DNA of 63,493 nucleotides, filler included, from Octopus bimaculoides (GCF_001194135.2; 5 parts of 5 records of this genome joined end to end with filler, not necessarily neighbours in it); one strand, 5' to 3'. Positions 50,760 to 63,493 are shown, counted from the first letter of the whole stretch. Numbers and translations are program-made. The notes: generated from the letters alone by a model not told the origin.

Positions 50760-51830
50760 CCACCCCTTTTTGTAGAGGCAGCATGGTATAGTGTCACATG
50801 GATTGGACGGTTTGACATGGAGCTGTCTAAACTCCAATTGTATGTTGTGGCATGGCTTCTACAGCTGAATGCCCTTCCTAATGCCAACTATTTGACAGAG
50901 TGTGCTGGGTGCTTTTTGTGGCACTGGCTCAGGGGCATTTATGAAACACCAGCAGGAGTGCTTTTTATGTGGCACCAGCACCTGTAAAGGACTAGCCCGT
51001 ATGTATGGATGACAGTGATTTTATTTAGCTTGGCATGTCTTCTCAAGCACAGCAAATCGCCACAACCCTTGGTCCTTTATTTTCTCAGTGAGGCCTAGCA
51101 TTCAAAGATCCTTTCTCACCACTTTGTCTCATGTCTTCCTGGGTCTACTCCTTCCACAAATTCTCTCAATTGAAGTTTGGCACTTCTTTAAGCAGCTGTT
51201 CTCATCCATAGGCATCACTTGACCAACAGTCTTCTCTCTTGCACATAATATCTGATGCCTCTTACAGTTTTCTTATTAAACCATTTACACTCTGTCATGC
51301 ATGCACACTGACATTACCCATCCAGCAGAGCATGTTAGCTTCATTTCTTTCAAGCTTTCACAAATCCTCTATAGTCAAAGCCCATGTTTCACTGCCATGT
51401 AGCATAGCTGTACACAGGCATCACACAATCTGTCTTTCACTCTGAGGGAGTATTCTTTGAATTTTGCCCAGTCTGTTCTTATTCTAGCAACTACAATATT
51501 AGAACTTCCTCCTCCACTGCTAAGTTGATCGCCTAGGTAACAGAAGCTTTCTATTACTTCTTCTGATCTCCCCAAGCATATGAGGGAGTCTGTCGTCTGT
51601 GCATTTTTAGTGTTTATTGTACCTGCACATTTGCCACACACAAAGTCTATTTTCTCCGTTAACCTTCCTGTGATACTGTTGCACCTCTTATGTGTCCAAA
51701 GCTTGCACTGGGTACAATGTATGGAGTTTCTATCAACACACTTCTTACATATTGAGCAGGGCCATCTCCCTGAAGGGACTTGTGATTTGTCTGCTTTCTT
51801 ACTAAGACTTTGGTTTTTGCTAAATCAACT
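50760..51830 (-). mobile_element. RTE LINE 3' segment
   Basis: LAKTKVLV..; WPCSIC; CTQCKLWTHKRC; VIESFCYLGDQLSSGGG; then the RTE tail. Confidence 0.9.
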
Positions 51831-52156
51831 CCATAGTCAACTGCTACAAAGGTAAAGGTGACGCTTTAGATACAAATAATTACAGAGGTATCAAGCTTTT
51901 AGATCAGTTTATGAAAGTTACGGAGATGGTCATAGCCCAACTAATTAGGGAGCGAATCAATTTGGATGAGATGCAGTTTGGGTTCGTGCCAGGTAAAAGC
52001 ACCACTGATGCCATATTTCTAGTGAGACAGCCGCAGGAGAAATACCTAGCCAAGGATAAACCTCTGTACCTGGCTTCCGTTGACATGGGGAAAGCTTTTG
52101 ACAGGATCCCCCGATCCCTTATCTGGTGGTCAATGAGGAAACTTGGGATAGAAGAA
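51831..52156 (+). mobile_element. RTE LINE RT segment in the opposite orientation
   Basis: IVNCYKGKGDALDTNNYRGIKLLDQ...QFGFVPGKSTTDAIFLVRQ.QEKY...VDMGKAFDRIPRSLIWWSMRKLGIEE, open up to the gap. Confidence 0.92.
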
Positions 52157-52200
52157 NNNNNNNNNNNNNNNNNNNNNNNNNNNNNNNNNNNNNNNNNNNN

Positions 52201-52212
52201 TTAATTAATTAA
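52201..52212. other. Artificial six-frame-stop scaffold spacer
   Basis: TTAATTAATTAA between 44-N runs. Confidence 0.93.
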
Positions 52213-52494
52213 NNNNNNNNNNNNNNNNNNNNNNNNNNNNNNNNNNNNNNNNNNNNATATTTATGTATATATATAGAGATATATACATACATATTTATGT
52301 GTATGTATATGTACACACGCTCTCTCTCACTCTCTCACATACACACACACACACACACAGAGTTATACACATGCATGTATGTATATACATGCATTTATAT
52401 ACATACATACATACATATGCGCAGAGAGAGAGAGAGGAAGGAGAAAGAGGAGAGACTAAGCTATGTGAGAAAACTGCACAAAGGTATAGACAGA

Positions 52495-52519
52495 TAGAAA
52501 GAAAGACAGACTGACAGAG

Positions 52520-52566
<47 letters not shown>

Positions 52567-52577
52567 CAGATAGATAC

Positions 52578-52619
<42 letters not shown>

Positions 52620-52622
52620 CAC

Positions 52623-52660
<38 letters not shown>

Positions 52661-52745
52661 TGGTAAGCAGACAGGTAGGTAGACAGGCAGACCGACAGCT
52701 AGCTACCTAGCTAGCTAGCTAGCTAGGTAGATAGATAGATAGATA
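52495..52745. repeat. Compound (GATA)n/(GACA)n/(GCTA)n tetranucleotide array
   Basis: Direct reading; another (GATA)n at ~29205-29275. Confidence 0.95.
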
Positions 52746-52754
52746 ACATATAAA

Positions 52755-52789
<35 letters not shown>

Positions 52790-53616
52790 NNNNNNNNNNN
52801 NNNNNNNNNNNNNNNNNNNNNNNNNNNNNNNNNNNNNNNNNNNNNNNNNNNNNNNNNNNNNNNNNNNNNNNNNNNNNNNNNNNNNNNNNNNNNNNNNNNN
52901 NNNNNNNNNNNNNNNNNNNNNNNNNNNNNNNNNNNNNNNNNNNNNNNNNNNNNNNNNNNNNNNNNNNNNNNNNNNNNNNNNNNNNNNNNNNNNNNNNNNN
53001 NNNNNNNNNNNNNNNNNNNNNNNNNNNNNNNNNNNNNNNNNNNNNNNNNNNNNNNNNNNNNNNNNNNNNNNNNNNNNNNNNNNNNNNNNNNNNNNNNNNN
53101 NNNNNNNNNNNNNNNNNNNNNNNNNNNNNNNNNNNNNNNNNNNNNNNNNNNNNNNNNNNNNNNNNNNNNNNNNNNNNNNNNNNNNNNNNNNNNNNNNNNN
53201 NNNNNNNNNNNNNNNNNNNNNNNNNNNNNNNNNNNNNNNNNNNNNNNNNNNNNNNNNNNNNNNNNNNNNNNNNNNNNNNNNNNNNNNNNNNNNNNNNNNN
53301 NNNNNNNNNNNNNNNNNNNNNNNNNNNNNNNNNNNNNNNNNNNNNNNNNNNNNNNNNNNNNNNNNNNNNNNNNNNNNNNNNNNNNNNNNNNNNNNNNNNN
53401 NNNNNNNNNNNNNNNNNNNNNNNNNNNNNNNNNNNNNNNNNNNNNNNNNNNNNNNNNNNNNNNNNNNNNNNNNNNNNNNNNNNNNNNNNNNNNNNNNNNN
53501 NNNNNNNNNNNNNNNNNNNNNNNNNNNNNNNNNNNNNNNNNNNNNNNNNNNNNNNNNNNNNNNNNNNNNNNNNNNNNNNNNNNNNNNNNNNNNNNNNNNN
53601 NNNNNNNNNNNNNNNN

Positions 53617-53653
<37 letters not shown>

Positions 53654-54282
53654 AATACAAATGTATACATATATTTATATGTTTTTGTGTAAGTAGCTAT
53701 GAAATTATGCATACATACACACACGCATTCATGCACAAAGAGGAATGGTGTAGATAGAGAAATATATAGACCCCCAAACAGTCAAGGAAAAATATATAGA
53801 CTGACAAACAGACAGATGAAGTACTAATCGATCAATGACACAAACAGAGGAAGCCCTTGGCCCCTGATCTCGCAGAAACTTCATCTCTAAAATTTATTCC
53901 TTAAATATCCTATTAGCCCCCATTATAACTCATATACAACCACCTTCATCTTTCGCATCCTTCCCTACATCCGTAAATGCAGTGTCATGTGTTTTTAATA
54001 AAATAGAAATATTTTGGGCGCTGACGTGCCTGTACTGGTTGCCTTGGCTATAGGTGCTGGCATCGCTATACGCTATATGCGGTGTCATGATGATATGGCA
54101 AGATGTTTGCTCTCCTTTCACATGGTTCTGAGTTCAATTCCTCTTGGGCAAGTGTCTTCCACTATAGCCTCGGGTTGATCAAAGCCTTGTGAGTGGATTT
54201 GGTCGAGGAAAACACAAAGAAGACCGTCGTATATATACATACATACATACATACATACATACATACATAAATACATACATGC

Positions 54283-54330
<48 letters not shown>

Positions 54331-55491
54331 GTGTGTGTGCGTGCGTGCGTATAATCTTTAATCTTTTACTCGTTTCGGTCATTTGAGTGCGGCCATGCTG
54401 GGGTACCGCCTTGAAAANNNNNNNNNNNNNNNNNNNNNNNNNNNNNNNNNNNNNNNNNNNNNNNNNNNNNNNNNNNNNNNNNNNNNNNNNNNNNNNNNNN
54501 NNNNNNNNNNNNNNNNNNNNNNNNNNNNNNNNNNNNNNNNNNNNNNNNNNNNNNNNNNNNNNNNNNNNNNNNNNNNNNNNNNNNNNNNNNNNNNNNNNNN
54601 NNNNNNNNNNNNNNNNNNNNNNNNNNNNNNNNNNNNNNNNNNNNNNNNNNNNNNNNNNNNNNNNNNNNNNNNNNNNNNNNNNNNNNNNNNNNNNNNNNNN
54701 NNNNNNNNNNNNNNNNNNNNNNNNNNNNNNNNNNNNNNNNNNNNNNNNNNNNNNNNNNNNNNNNNNNNNNNNNNNNNNNNNNNNNNNNNNNNNNNNNNNN
54801 NNNNNNNNNNNNNNNNNNNNNNNNNNNNNNNNNNNNNNNNNNNNNNNNNNNNNNNNNNNNNNNNNNNNNNNNNNNNNNNNNNNNNNNNNNNNNNNNNNNN
54901 NNNNNNNNNNNNNNNNNNNNNNNNNNNNNNNNNNNNNNNNNNNNNNNNNNNNNNNNNNNNNNNNNNNNNNNNNNNNNNNNNNNNNNNNNNNNNNNNNNNN
55001 NNNNNNNNNNNNNNNNNNNNNNNNNNNNNNNNNNNNNNNNNNNNNNNNNNNNNNNNNNNNNNNNNNNNNNNNNNNNNNNNNNNNNNNNNNNNNNNNNNNN
55101 NNNNNNNNNNNNNNNNNNNNNNNNNNNNNNNNNNNNNNNNNNNNNNNNNNNNGTGCGTGTGCGTGTGTGTGTGTTTGTGTGTGTGTGTGTGCGCGTACGT
55201 ACGTACGTACGTATGTGCTTATTTTCTCGTTTTGTTATTCTTTTATGTGCTTCAGCCATTGGATTGCGGCCGTGCTGGAGCACCGCCTCTAAAGGAATTT
55301 TTTTAGTCGAAAGAATCGACCCCAGTACATGATACATTTTTTTTGTAAAGCTTGGTATTTACTCAATTGTTTTTTTTTTCTTTTTTGTCGAACCGCTAAG
55401 TTGCAGAGACGTAAACACACCACAGCTGGTTGTCAACGGTGTTGAAGGGCGCACATGTGCCTGTGTGTCTCTATAAATGTGTGTGCATATA

Positions 55492-55527
<36 letters not shown>

Positions 55528-57387
55528 TTTATGAGTGTATCTTTCTGAGTGCGCGCGTTTGTGTATGTATGTATGTATGTATGTATGTATGTATGTGTGT
55601 GTATGCGTATGTGTATATGTGTATGTGTGTGTCTTATACGGGGTTAATCTTCTTATTCGTTAGAGCTCTCTTCCAGAAGTGGCGGTGACATGGGTGAGGG
55701 TGGTGGCTGACTTCTAACAACGAAACAATAACAACGCAATCATTACAGCTTGGATAATAGCAAAAACGATAATTGTTACGTATTGAATACAAAACAACAC
55801 GCCGCCGCCGCTGCCACCACGCAACAGCGCAACGCCAGTCGCCCTCTACATCACGTACCATATGCCACCGACGCGCCATCGCTGTGGATCATTATTCCCC
55901 CACCGCCACCCAAAACCGATATACTACAACACAAACACATCACAGCTCCGCACCCTCGTTGCACCACTTGCTATCAGACCAACACCAAACACTATCCGAA
56001 ACAATAGCATGTTGCGAACANNNNNNNNNNNNNNNNNNNNNNNNNNNNNNNNNNNNNNNNNNNNNNNNNNNNNNNNNNNNNNNNNNNNNNNNNNNNNNNN
56101 NNNNNNNNNNNNNNNNNNNNNNNNNNNNNNNNNNNNNNNNNNNNNNNNNNNNNNNNNNNNNNNNNNNNNNNNNNNNNNNNNNNNNNNNNNNNNNNNNNNN
56201 NNNNNNNNNNNNNNNNNNNNNNNNNNNNNNNNNNNNNNNNNNNNNNNNNNNNNNNNNNNNNNNNNNNNNNNNNNNNNNNNNNNNNNNNNNNNNNNNNNNN
56301 NNNNNNNNNNNNNNNNNNNNNNNNNNNNNNNNNNNNNNNNNNNNNNNNNNNATCACTACCAACACCACCTCTACCACCAACACTACCATTACCACCACCA
56401 CCACCTCCACCTTCACTGCCAGAACCACCACCACTAACACCTTCACCATCACCACTAGCCCGACTTCCACCAATACCGCCACCAGCACTGCCAACACCAT
56501 CTCCACCACCATCACCATCCCCACCACTACCACAACTAGCACCACCACCACCACTACCACCACCACTACCATCAATGCAACACTACAAGAATCTTATTGC
56601 CCCAGCTTGCCACTACCACCATCACCACTACCACCACCATCACCACCACCCTTATCACCAGCATAGCCCACCCGTATAGCAAAGCACACCGGCACCACTG
56701 CGCCGCCACCGCCTCCGCAAACCACCGAAGTGTGATCTGTCCAAACTGTCACACATAAACTCCGCCGCCGTCCCTCCGTGTCAATCACGCGGCACCCAAA
56801 GTCACGTCAACAACTCGAACACCACCACCACCACCACTACTACTACTACTAGTAGTACCACCACCACCACCACTACTACTACCATCACCACCTTCGTTAT
56901 TACCAACGCCACTGGCATCGGCACTAACACTACCACCCACACCACCACCATTAATACTACAACTGCAACTTTCATTACTGCTAGTGCTACAGACAACCAC
57001 CACTACCGCCAAGACCATCAACATCACCGCTACCACTACAACCACCACGAGCAACACCACCACCACAACCACCACCACCATCACCATTACAACTACTGCT
57101 ACTTCCATCACCGCCACTACCACTACCACAACACGTCTACGTCCATTACACTACCACCACCAATAACAACAACAACAAGAGGAACTAATGAGAAGGGCTC
57201 CTGTAGGGTAACCAGAACTGCTGGAAATAGCAGCCATATCGCGTTCAAATCATATTCAGCAAGTATATAAGTAATGTATGAACCAGATGGAACGAAGTAA
57301 GCCTCATGGACGTCCAAAACATGGTTTCCATGACTATCTCAAACAGATTCCTGTCTTTCCCAATCAGATGGACTCCTTGACTGGCAT

Positions 57388-58365
57388 AGAGTAGGGGTTC
57401 TCAACCATTTTCTATGTATGGACCCCTTTGGTTACAATTTGATTCTGGTGGACCTCCATAGCAATTTGATATTTAAAAACTTGCTTTATCGAAAATTCTT
57501 TCAAAATTTCTATTTTGCTTTTCACACATTATCTTCTTTAGGCTGAACTATGTAAAATGTCAGGAAAAAACCCTGTTTTTTGCAATAAATACCTATACAT
57601 ACATCTAGGACAGGGGATTCTCAAATATTTTGTTATCTATGGACCCCTTTATTGACTATTTTATTCTGGTGGACCCCCATAACCATTCAATGTTTAAAAC
57701 CTATTTTCATAGAAACTTCTTTCAAAATTCCTATTTTGTTTTTCACCCATTAACTTGTGTAGATTGAACTATGTAAAATGTTAAGAGAAAGAAACCTAAC
57801 TGTTTCTTTCAATAAACACCAATACATACATTTAAAGTAGGGGGTTCTCAACCATTTATTATCTATGGACCCCCTTTGATTACTATTTTCTTCCGGTGGA
57901 CCCCCATAGACATCCGATATTTAAAAATTAATTTTATAAGTTCTTTCAAAATTTTTATCCTGTTTTTTTTTTTCCAAACATTAACTTGTGTAGGTTGTAC
58001 TACGTAAAACGTTGGAAAAAGAAACCTAGCTGTCCCTTGCATTACATACCAATCCATACATCTAACGCAGAGATTCTCAACCCCTTTTTTTATGTCTATG
58101 AACTCCTCAGATTACTATTTTACTCTGGTGGACCCTCATAGCCATTCAATGTTCAAAACCTAGTTTTATAGAAACTTCTTTCAAAATCCCTATTCTGCTT
58201 TTCAAACATTAACTTGTGAAGGTTAAACTATGTAAAACATCAGAGAAAACAAAACCTGTTTCTTGCAATACATACCAATACATTATATCTTAAGCAGGAG
58301 TTCTCAACCATTTTTTTAATCTATAGACTCCTTTCATTACGATTTTATTCTGGTGGACCCCCAGA
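57388..58365 (+). repeat. Tandem array, ~4.3 copies of a ~226-bp unit beginning with a hAT-like terminus
   Basis: Units start at ~57391, 57611, 57837, 58068 and 58295 with (C/T)AGGGGTTCTCAACC-like ends and carry two TGGACCCC-like motifs each. Confidence 0.88.
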
Positions 58366-58461
58366 CCCATTTATGTATATAGTAACGTATTTGTTACAGT
58401 CGTTAGACCGCGACCGTGCTGGGGCAACGCCTTCAAGAATTTTAGTCGAACAAATGGACCC

Positions 58462-58493
<32 letters not shown>

Positions 58494-59459
58494 CTGTGTG
58501 TGTCTGTGTGTGTTTAAGCACACGTATGAGAGTGAGGGTAATTGCCCTCCCACCCTTAATCAGTTGGTATGTGGTGGTGGTGGTGGTGGTGTGTGAGGTG
58601 AGTGTTGCATGGTGACTGACAGTTGTGCGGTGTTTCGCTCTGTAGCGGTGTGATGTTTGTCGTGTGAGAATTGATCACGATGTATCAGAGGCGGTGGCGG
58701 TGGTGGTGTGTAGGGGGTAGTCGTGGTACTGGATTAAGGTGTTCTGTTATGGTGGTGTAATGGGAGTATTAGAGTGTGTAGGGTGTGGTGTAGATCCTGA
58801 GTGAGGAGAGGGAGGGCAAGGAAAAAAAATGGTCTCTGTGACGTTAGTGTAGCTGTCAAAAGTACGGCGACTTTCGACGTGTCAACCCGTCTCTGTAAAC
58901 TCAACGTACAACTCTCTCAATTCTTATCCTGAGAGCAAAACCCTTCCAATTCATGCACAGACACACACATATACATGCGAATAAATAAATACATACATGC
59001 ATACATTACATACATACATACATACATACACATATGTACATATAGATGTATATATACTCATACACATGTCTGTATATGTATACATATGAATATATGTATA
59101 TAAACACATACAAACACATACATATATGTATGTTTATATATATNNNNNNNNNNNNNNNNNNNNNNNNNNNNNNNNNNNNNNNNNNNNNNNNNNNNNNNNN
59201 NNNNNNNNNNNNNNNNNNNNNNNNNNNNNNNNNNNNNNNNNNNNNNNNNNNNNNNNNNNNNNNNNNNNNNNNNNNNNNNNNNNNNNNNNNNNNNNNNNNN
59301 NNNNNNNNNNNNNNNNNNNNNNNNNNNNNNNNNNNNNNNNNNNNNNNNNNNNNNNNNNNNNNNNNNNNNNNNNNNNNNNNNNNNNNNNNNNNNNNNNNNN
59401 NNNNNNNNNNNNNNNNNNNNNNNNNNNNNNNNNNNNNNNNNNNNNNNNNNNNNNNNNNN

Positions 59460-59524
<65 letters not shown>

Positions 59525-60776
59525 AGAGGTATTGGTATCTAGAAGGCCCGAACAGTGGCAGGTAACGCTAAGTAAGTGCTATGGACAGACCACAGTAAAA
59601 CTCTTGGTTCGATAATGATACGAGTGCGGAGTCTAATGTGGGTCTTGTATTAGCATACATATATGATATATATATTAGACAGAATGAGATAGCAAAACCA
59701 AGGCTGTGAGGAGTTTTCAGGACATTTATAAGGAAAAAGATAGATACAGTCTTACAGCACTCACCACATTTATTGGGAATTACATGTATAGATCAAAACA
59801 ATGTGATTCAGACTCCTTGGTACTCTGAGTTTCAAGCATGTCGATAGTCTTCGACCATTGGGGTCGGGATAAGAGTTTGATTGAAGAGAGTCAATGTTTA
59901 CTACTGGACGTTAGCCTGCGTTCGGTCGAGACAGGTCACGCGGTATAGCGGTTTGATGTTGGTATTTCAGCGACAACAATTAGTTGGAAAATACGGTGAC
60001 CGGGAAATAACATAGATATGTATACAATACTTACACACACACACACACACACACACATACGCAAACATATATGCAGAAATGCATACTTATACATAAACAC
60101 ACGCGGTCTTGAAGCAATTAGCTAATTAGCTAATTAGCTAAAGCATTGTATAAACTACAAAATTGCACTCGCATGCTAGTGACGGTTGAGTACTCCTTAG
60201 ATAGCTGCTGTCAAAAGGACTGAAAGTTCACAGTTGAAGCTCGATCAGTTTTGGGAGTCGAGATTCACGTGAGAGGCAAACAGCATCATCAACGCTGCTG
60301 TACAAAGGGATTCCACGCAGTTTCAGCCTATCAAAATTGACTTACCTCACCATTCACGCGCGCGCGCACATGGATGTGTACAGACAGGTATATAAATGCG
60401 AGGGCATACCTAAAAGAAACATGACCTATATAATATCATAGCCACTACAACCACCTTGACCTACTAACACCAATACCATCACCCTCATCTCCATCGTCCC
60501 CACCGCAACCAACACCACCACTACCATTACCACTAACACTACCATCGTCGCCACCACTACCACAGCCACCACCATAACTACCACCACAACTGCCTTCACC
60601 ACAATCAGCAGCAGCAGCACCACCGCCACCGTCATTACCGTCATCACTACCACCATTACAACCACCATCACAACTACCACCGCCACAACTACCACCACCA
60701 CCACAACAATCACCACCACCACCGCCACAACTNNNNNNNNNNNNNNNNNNNNNNNNNNNNNNNNNNNNNNNNNNNN

Positions 60777-60788
60777 TTAATTAATTAA
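60777..60788. other. Artificial six-frame-stop scaffold spacer
   Basis: TTAATTAATTAA between 44-N runs. Confidence 0.93.
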
Positions 60789-60857
60789 NNNNNNNNNNNN
60801 NNNNNNNNNNNNNNNNNNNNNNNNNNNNNNNNTGAACGAGTAACCAGTCAAGATATT

Positions 60858-61071
60858 CTTTTCTACTCTGGGCACAAGGCCCCAAAGTTAGGAGGTAGGG
60901 GCCAGTCGATTAGATCGACCTCAGTACGCAACTGGTACTTCATATATCCACACCGAAAGGATGAAAGGCAATGTCGACCGCGACGGAATTTGAACTCAGA
61001 ACGTAAAGACAGACGAAATAGCGCTAGGCATTTCGCCCAGCGTGCTAACGTTTCTGCCAGCTTGGCCGTGT
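60858..61071 (-). mobile_element. tRNA-derived SINE (family A) with 17-bp TSD
   Basis: TAACCAGTCAAGATATT (60841-60857) and TAACTAGTCAAGATATT (61072-61088) flank it. Confidence 0.9.
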
Positions 61072-62914
61072 TAACTAGTCAAGATATTGTTAGTCACCAC
61101 CATCACCATTTCATGTCTTCGGCAAAGATATTTAGTTTTTCTGAAATGATTCAATTCATGTAGCAGTGAATAAGTAAACACAAAGAAATAACAAATCCAA
61201 GGCTGTGAAGAGTTTTCAGAACATTTATAATAAAAGAGTCTTGCAGCTGTTTCTGGGATATTATGGATATCCCTTCATCAGAGAAAATATTTGAGTTCGA
61301 ATTATTGTGGAAAAGATATGGAATATGGAGGGAAATAAGGGAATGAAAATAGAAATAAGATTTATAAAGATATTGTAGTTGCAGTTCCATTATTCGAGGA
61401 AAATGGTGTATAGAAGTGGTAAAAAAGTTTCCTGTATATGGTGTGTAAGTTCCAATAGCAGTTCATATTTAGTAATTTCAAAGCATGGAGCCGTGGAATC
61501 AGTGTTGCTCATTCGAAAGGGTTTTGTGGTGTAAATGAAAATTTGAGAATGTATTGGAAGTATTTGTGGATAGTTGGAGGGAGGAGAGATGTGTATGAGT
61601 AAAAAGAGGACAGAGGTCAAATCTAAAACCGGAAGAGAAAATGAGAGGAAGAAAGAGAAAAAGAAAAAAGGAAATAAGGGAGAGAGACAAAATCAAAGAG
61701 TGAAAATGTTTTTTAAATGAAGAAATGGTGAAGCAAGTTAGAGAGGGAGTGTTAGTTAGGGGTCAAGATAATGTGATGGGAGGATGGGAGAGGTGTGGGG
61801 AGTGAGATGAGGAAGAGATGAGGAGGTAATGAGTAAAAGAATGTGAGATATGAGAGAGGTGTATGAAGGGATGGGCAGAGAAAAGGTAAGGGTGTGGTGA
61901 TACTGAAGTGAGTAAAATTTGAGGTGGCGGGAAGAATACAAGGATGCCAAATTACTATAAAGAGACGTGTGTGATAGGTTACTGATAGGTAGGAATAGGA
62001 GGAAAGAATGTATATTTGCGAATATGTACACACACACACACACTTGTATATAGACACATACATATGCCTATACATATACACGCATATATATACACATGCA
62101 AGCTCACGCACATCCATAGATGTATTNNNNNNNNNNNNNNNNNNNNNNNNNNNNNNNNNNNNNNNNNNNNNNNNNNNNNNNNNNNNNNNNNNNNNNNNNN
62201 NNNNNNNNNNNNNNNNNNNNNNNNNNNNNNNNNNNNNNNNNNNNNNNNNNNNNNNNNNNNNNNNNNNNNNNNNNNNNNNNNNNNNNNNNNNNNNNNNNNN
62301 NNNNNNNNNNNNNNNNNNNNNNNNNNNNNNNNNNNNNNNNNNNNNNNNNNNNNNNNNNNNNNNNNNNNNNNNNNNNNNNNNNNNNNNNNNNNNNNNNNNN
62401 NNNNNNNNNNNNNNNNNNNNNNNNNNNNNNNNNNNNNNNNNNNNNNNNNNNNNNNNNNNNNNNNNNNNNNNNNNNNNNNNNNNNNNNNNNNNNNNNNNNN
62501 NNNNNNNNNNNNNNNNNNNNNNNNNNNNNNNNNNNNNNNNNNNNNNNNNNNNNNNNNNNNNNNNNNNNNNNNNNNNNNNNNNNNNNNNNNNNNNNNNNNN
62601 NNNNNNNNNNNNNNNNNNNNNNNNNNNNNNNNNNNNNNNNNNNNNNNNNNNNNNNNNNNNNNNNNNNNNNNNNNNNNNNNNNNNNNNNNNNNNNNNNNNN
62701 NNNNNNNNNNNNNNNNNNNNNNNNNNNNNNNNNNNNNNNNNNNNNNNNNNNNNNNNNNNNNNNNNNNNNNNNNNNNNNNNNNNNNNNNNNNNNNNNNNNN
62801 NNNNNNNNNNNNNNNNNNNNNNNNNNNNNNNNNNNNNNNNNNNNNNNNNNNNNNNNNNNNNNNNNNNNNNNNNNNNNNNNNNNNNNNNNNNNNNNNNNNN
62901 NNNNNNNNNNNNNT

Positions 62915-63480
62915 CTTTATGCTGGCATCTATGTTATTAATGTATGCAAAAGACAAAAAGGGACCAAGAACAGATCCCTGCCGTACGCCAGATACCTCAT
63001 AGGGTGAAGAATGCTGTACTAGAACCGAGTCTACCTTTTTTCGGCTGAGAATGAAGGACTCCAACCTTTTAAAAAGATCATCTTTCGCATCCATTGCAGA
63101 AAGTTTTGTGTGACAGAGAATTGAAAGCTTTAGCAAAGTCACGGCAAACAACATCCACCCATGAGCCGCCATCAGTGACCCGGGAAATATATTGAAGAAA
63201 CTCCATAAGTTGATCACAGCAGCTGAAATTAAGGACAAACCCAAATTCCGTGGGCGGGATAAGGCTGTGAGAATGCCAGAAGTTCCAGAGTGTTTCTCCG
63301 TGACAGGATTCCGCCAGTCTGGCAATGCAGCTAACATCCTAAATATTAGGGATGAAATTTTGCCCTGAAACCATATTTCACATTCAACACCAAGTGCGCC
63401 CGTAATACCCCCAGGATTGCCCCTTTCCTGTACGGGATATGGGAACATACATAACATAGAAATTGCACACACAGAAGAAA
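62915..63480 (-). mobile_element. CR1/L2-type LINE RT fragment
   Basis: ILCHTKLSAM..DDLFKRLESFILSR...SGVRQGSVLGPFLSFAYINNIDASIK, running into a gap. Confidence 0.85.
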
Positions 63481-63493
63481 TATTCCCCCATGA

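Noticed and set aside
55773-57166. Mucin-like Thr-rich ORFs
   Set aside because: (ACC/ACT)n low complexity interrupted by a gap; no signal peptide or splice support.
57388-58365. CRISPR-like array
   Set aside because: Eukaryotic context; whole ~226-bp units are homologous, with no unique spacers and no cas genes.
2785-63007. Long ORFs dominated by X in the ORF track
   Set aside because: They run through N gaps and are not evidence of coding sequence.

Overview
AT-rich, repeat-dense animal genomic DNA from a gapped short-read scaffold. The SINE, RTE and Penelope repeat families and the microsatellite load point to a coleoid cephalopod, most likely Octopus (inference). The only host gene I can support is CDK5RAP1 (MiaB-family mitochondrial tRNA methylthiotransferase) on the minus strand. 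Seven internal exons between 37750 and 49874 have GT-AG boundaries and matching phases, giving about 318 codons; its first and last exons are not visible. The rest of the window is mostly mobile DNA: a decayed autonomous-type Helitron with an intact 3' terminus, four Tc1/mariner relics, Penelope-like, CR1/L2-like and RTE LINE fragments, and many tRNA-derived SINEs (several with target-site duplications). There is also an isolated 28S rRNA fragment. Four TTAATTAATTAA-in-N spacers are artificial joins. I found no convincing novel multi-gene system. The best second-look items are two adjacent foldback palindromes in a CDK5RAP1 intron, an RTE with a twin-priming-like inversion, a ~226 bp satellite built from a hAT-like transposon end, a 3' tail shared between a SINE family and a CR1/L2 LINE, and an unexplained CpG-rich exon-like segment at 27.9-28.55 kb. 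All similarity calls are from recall, not database searches.
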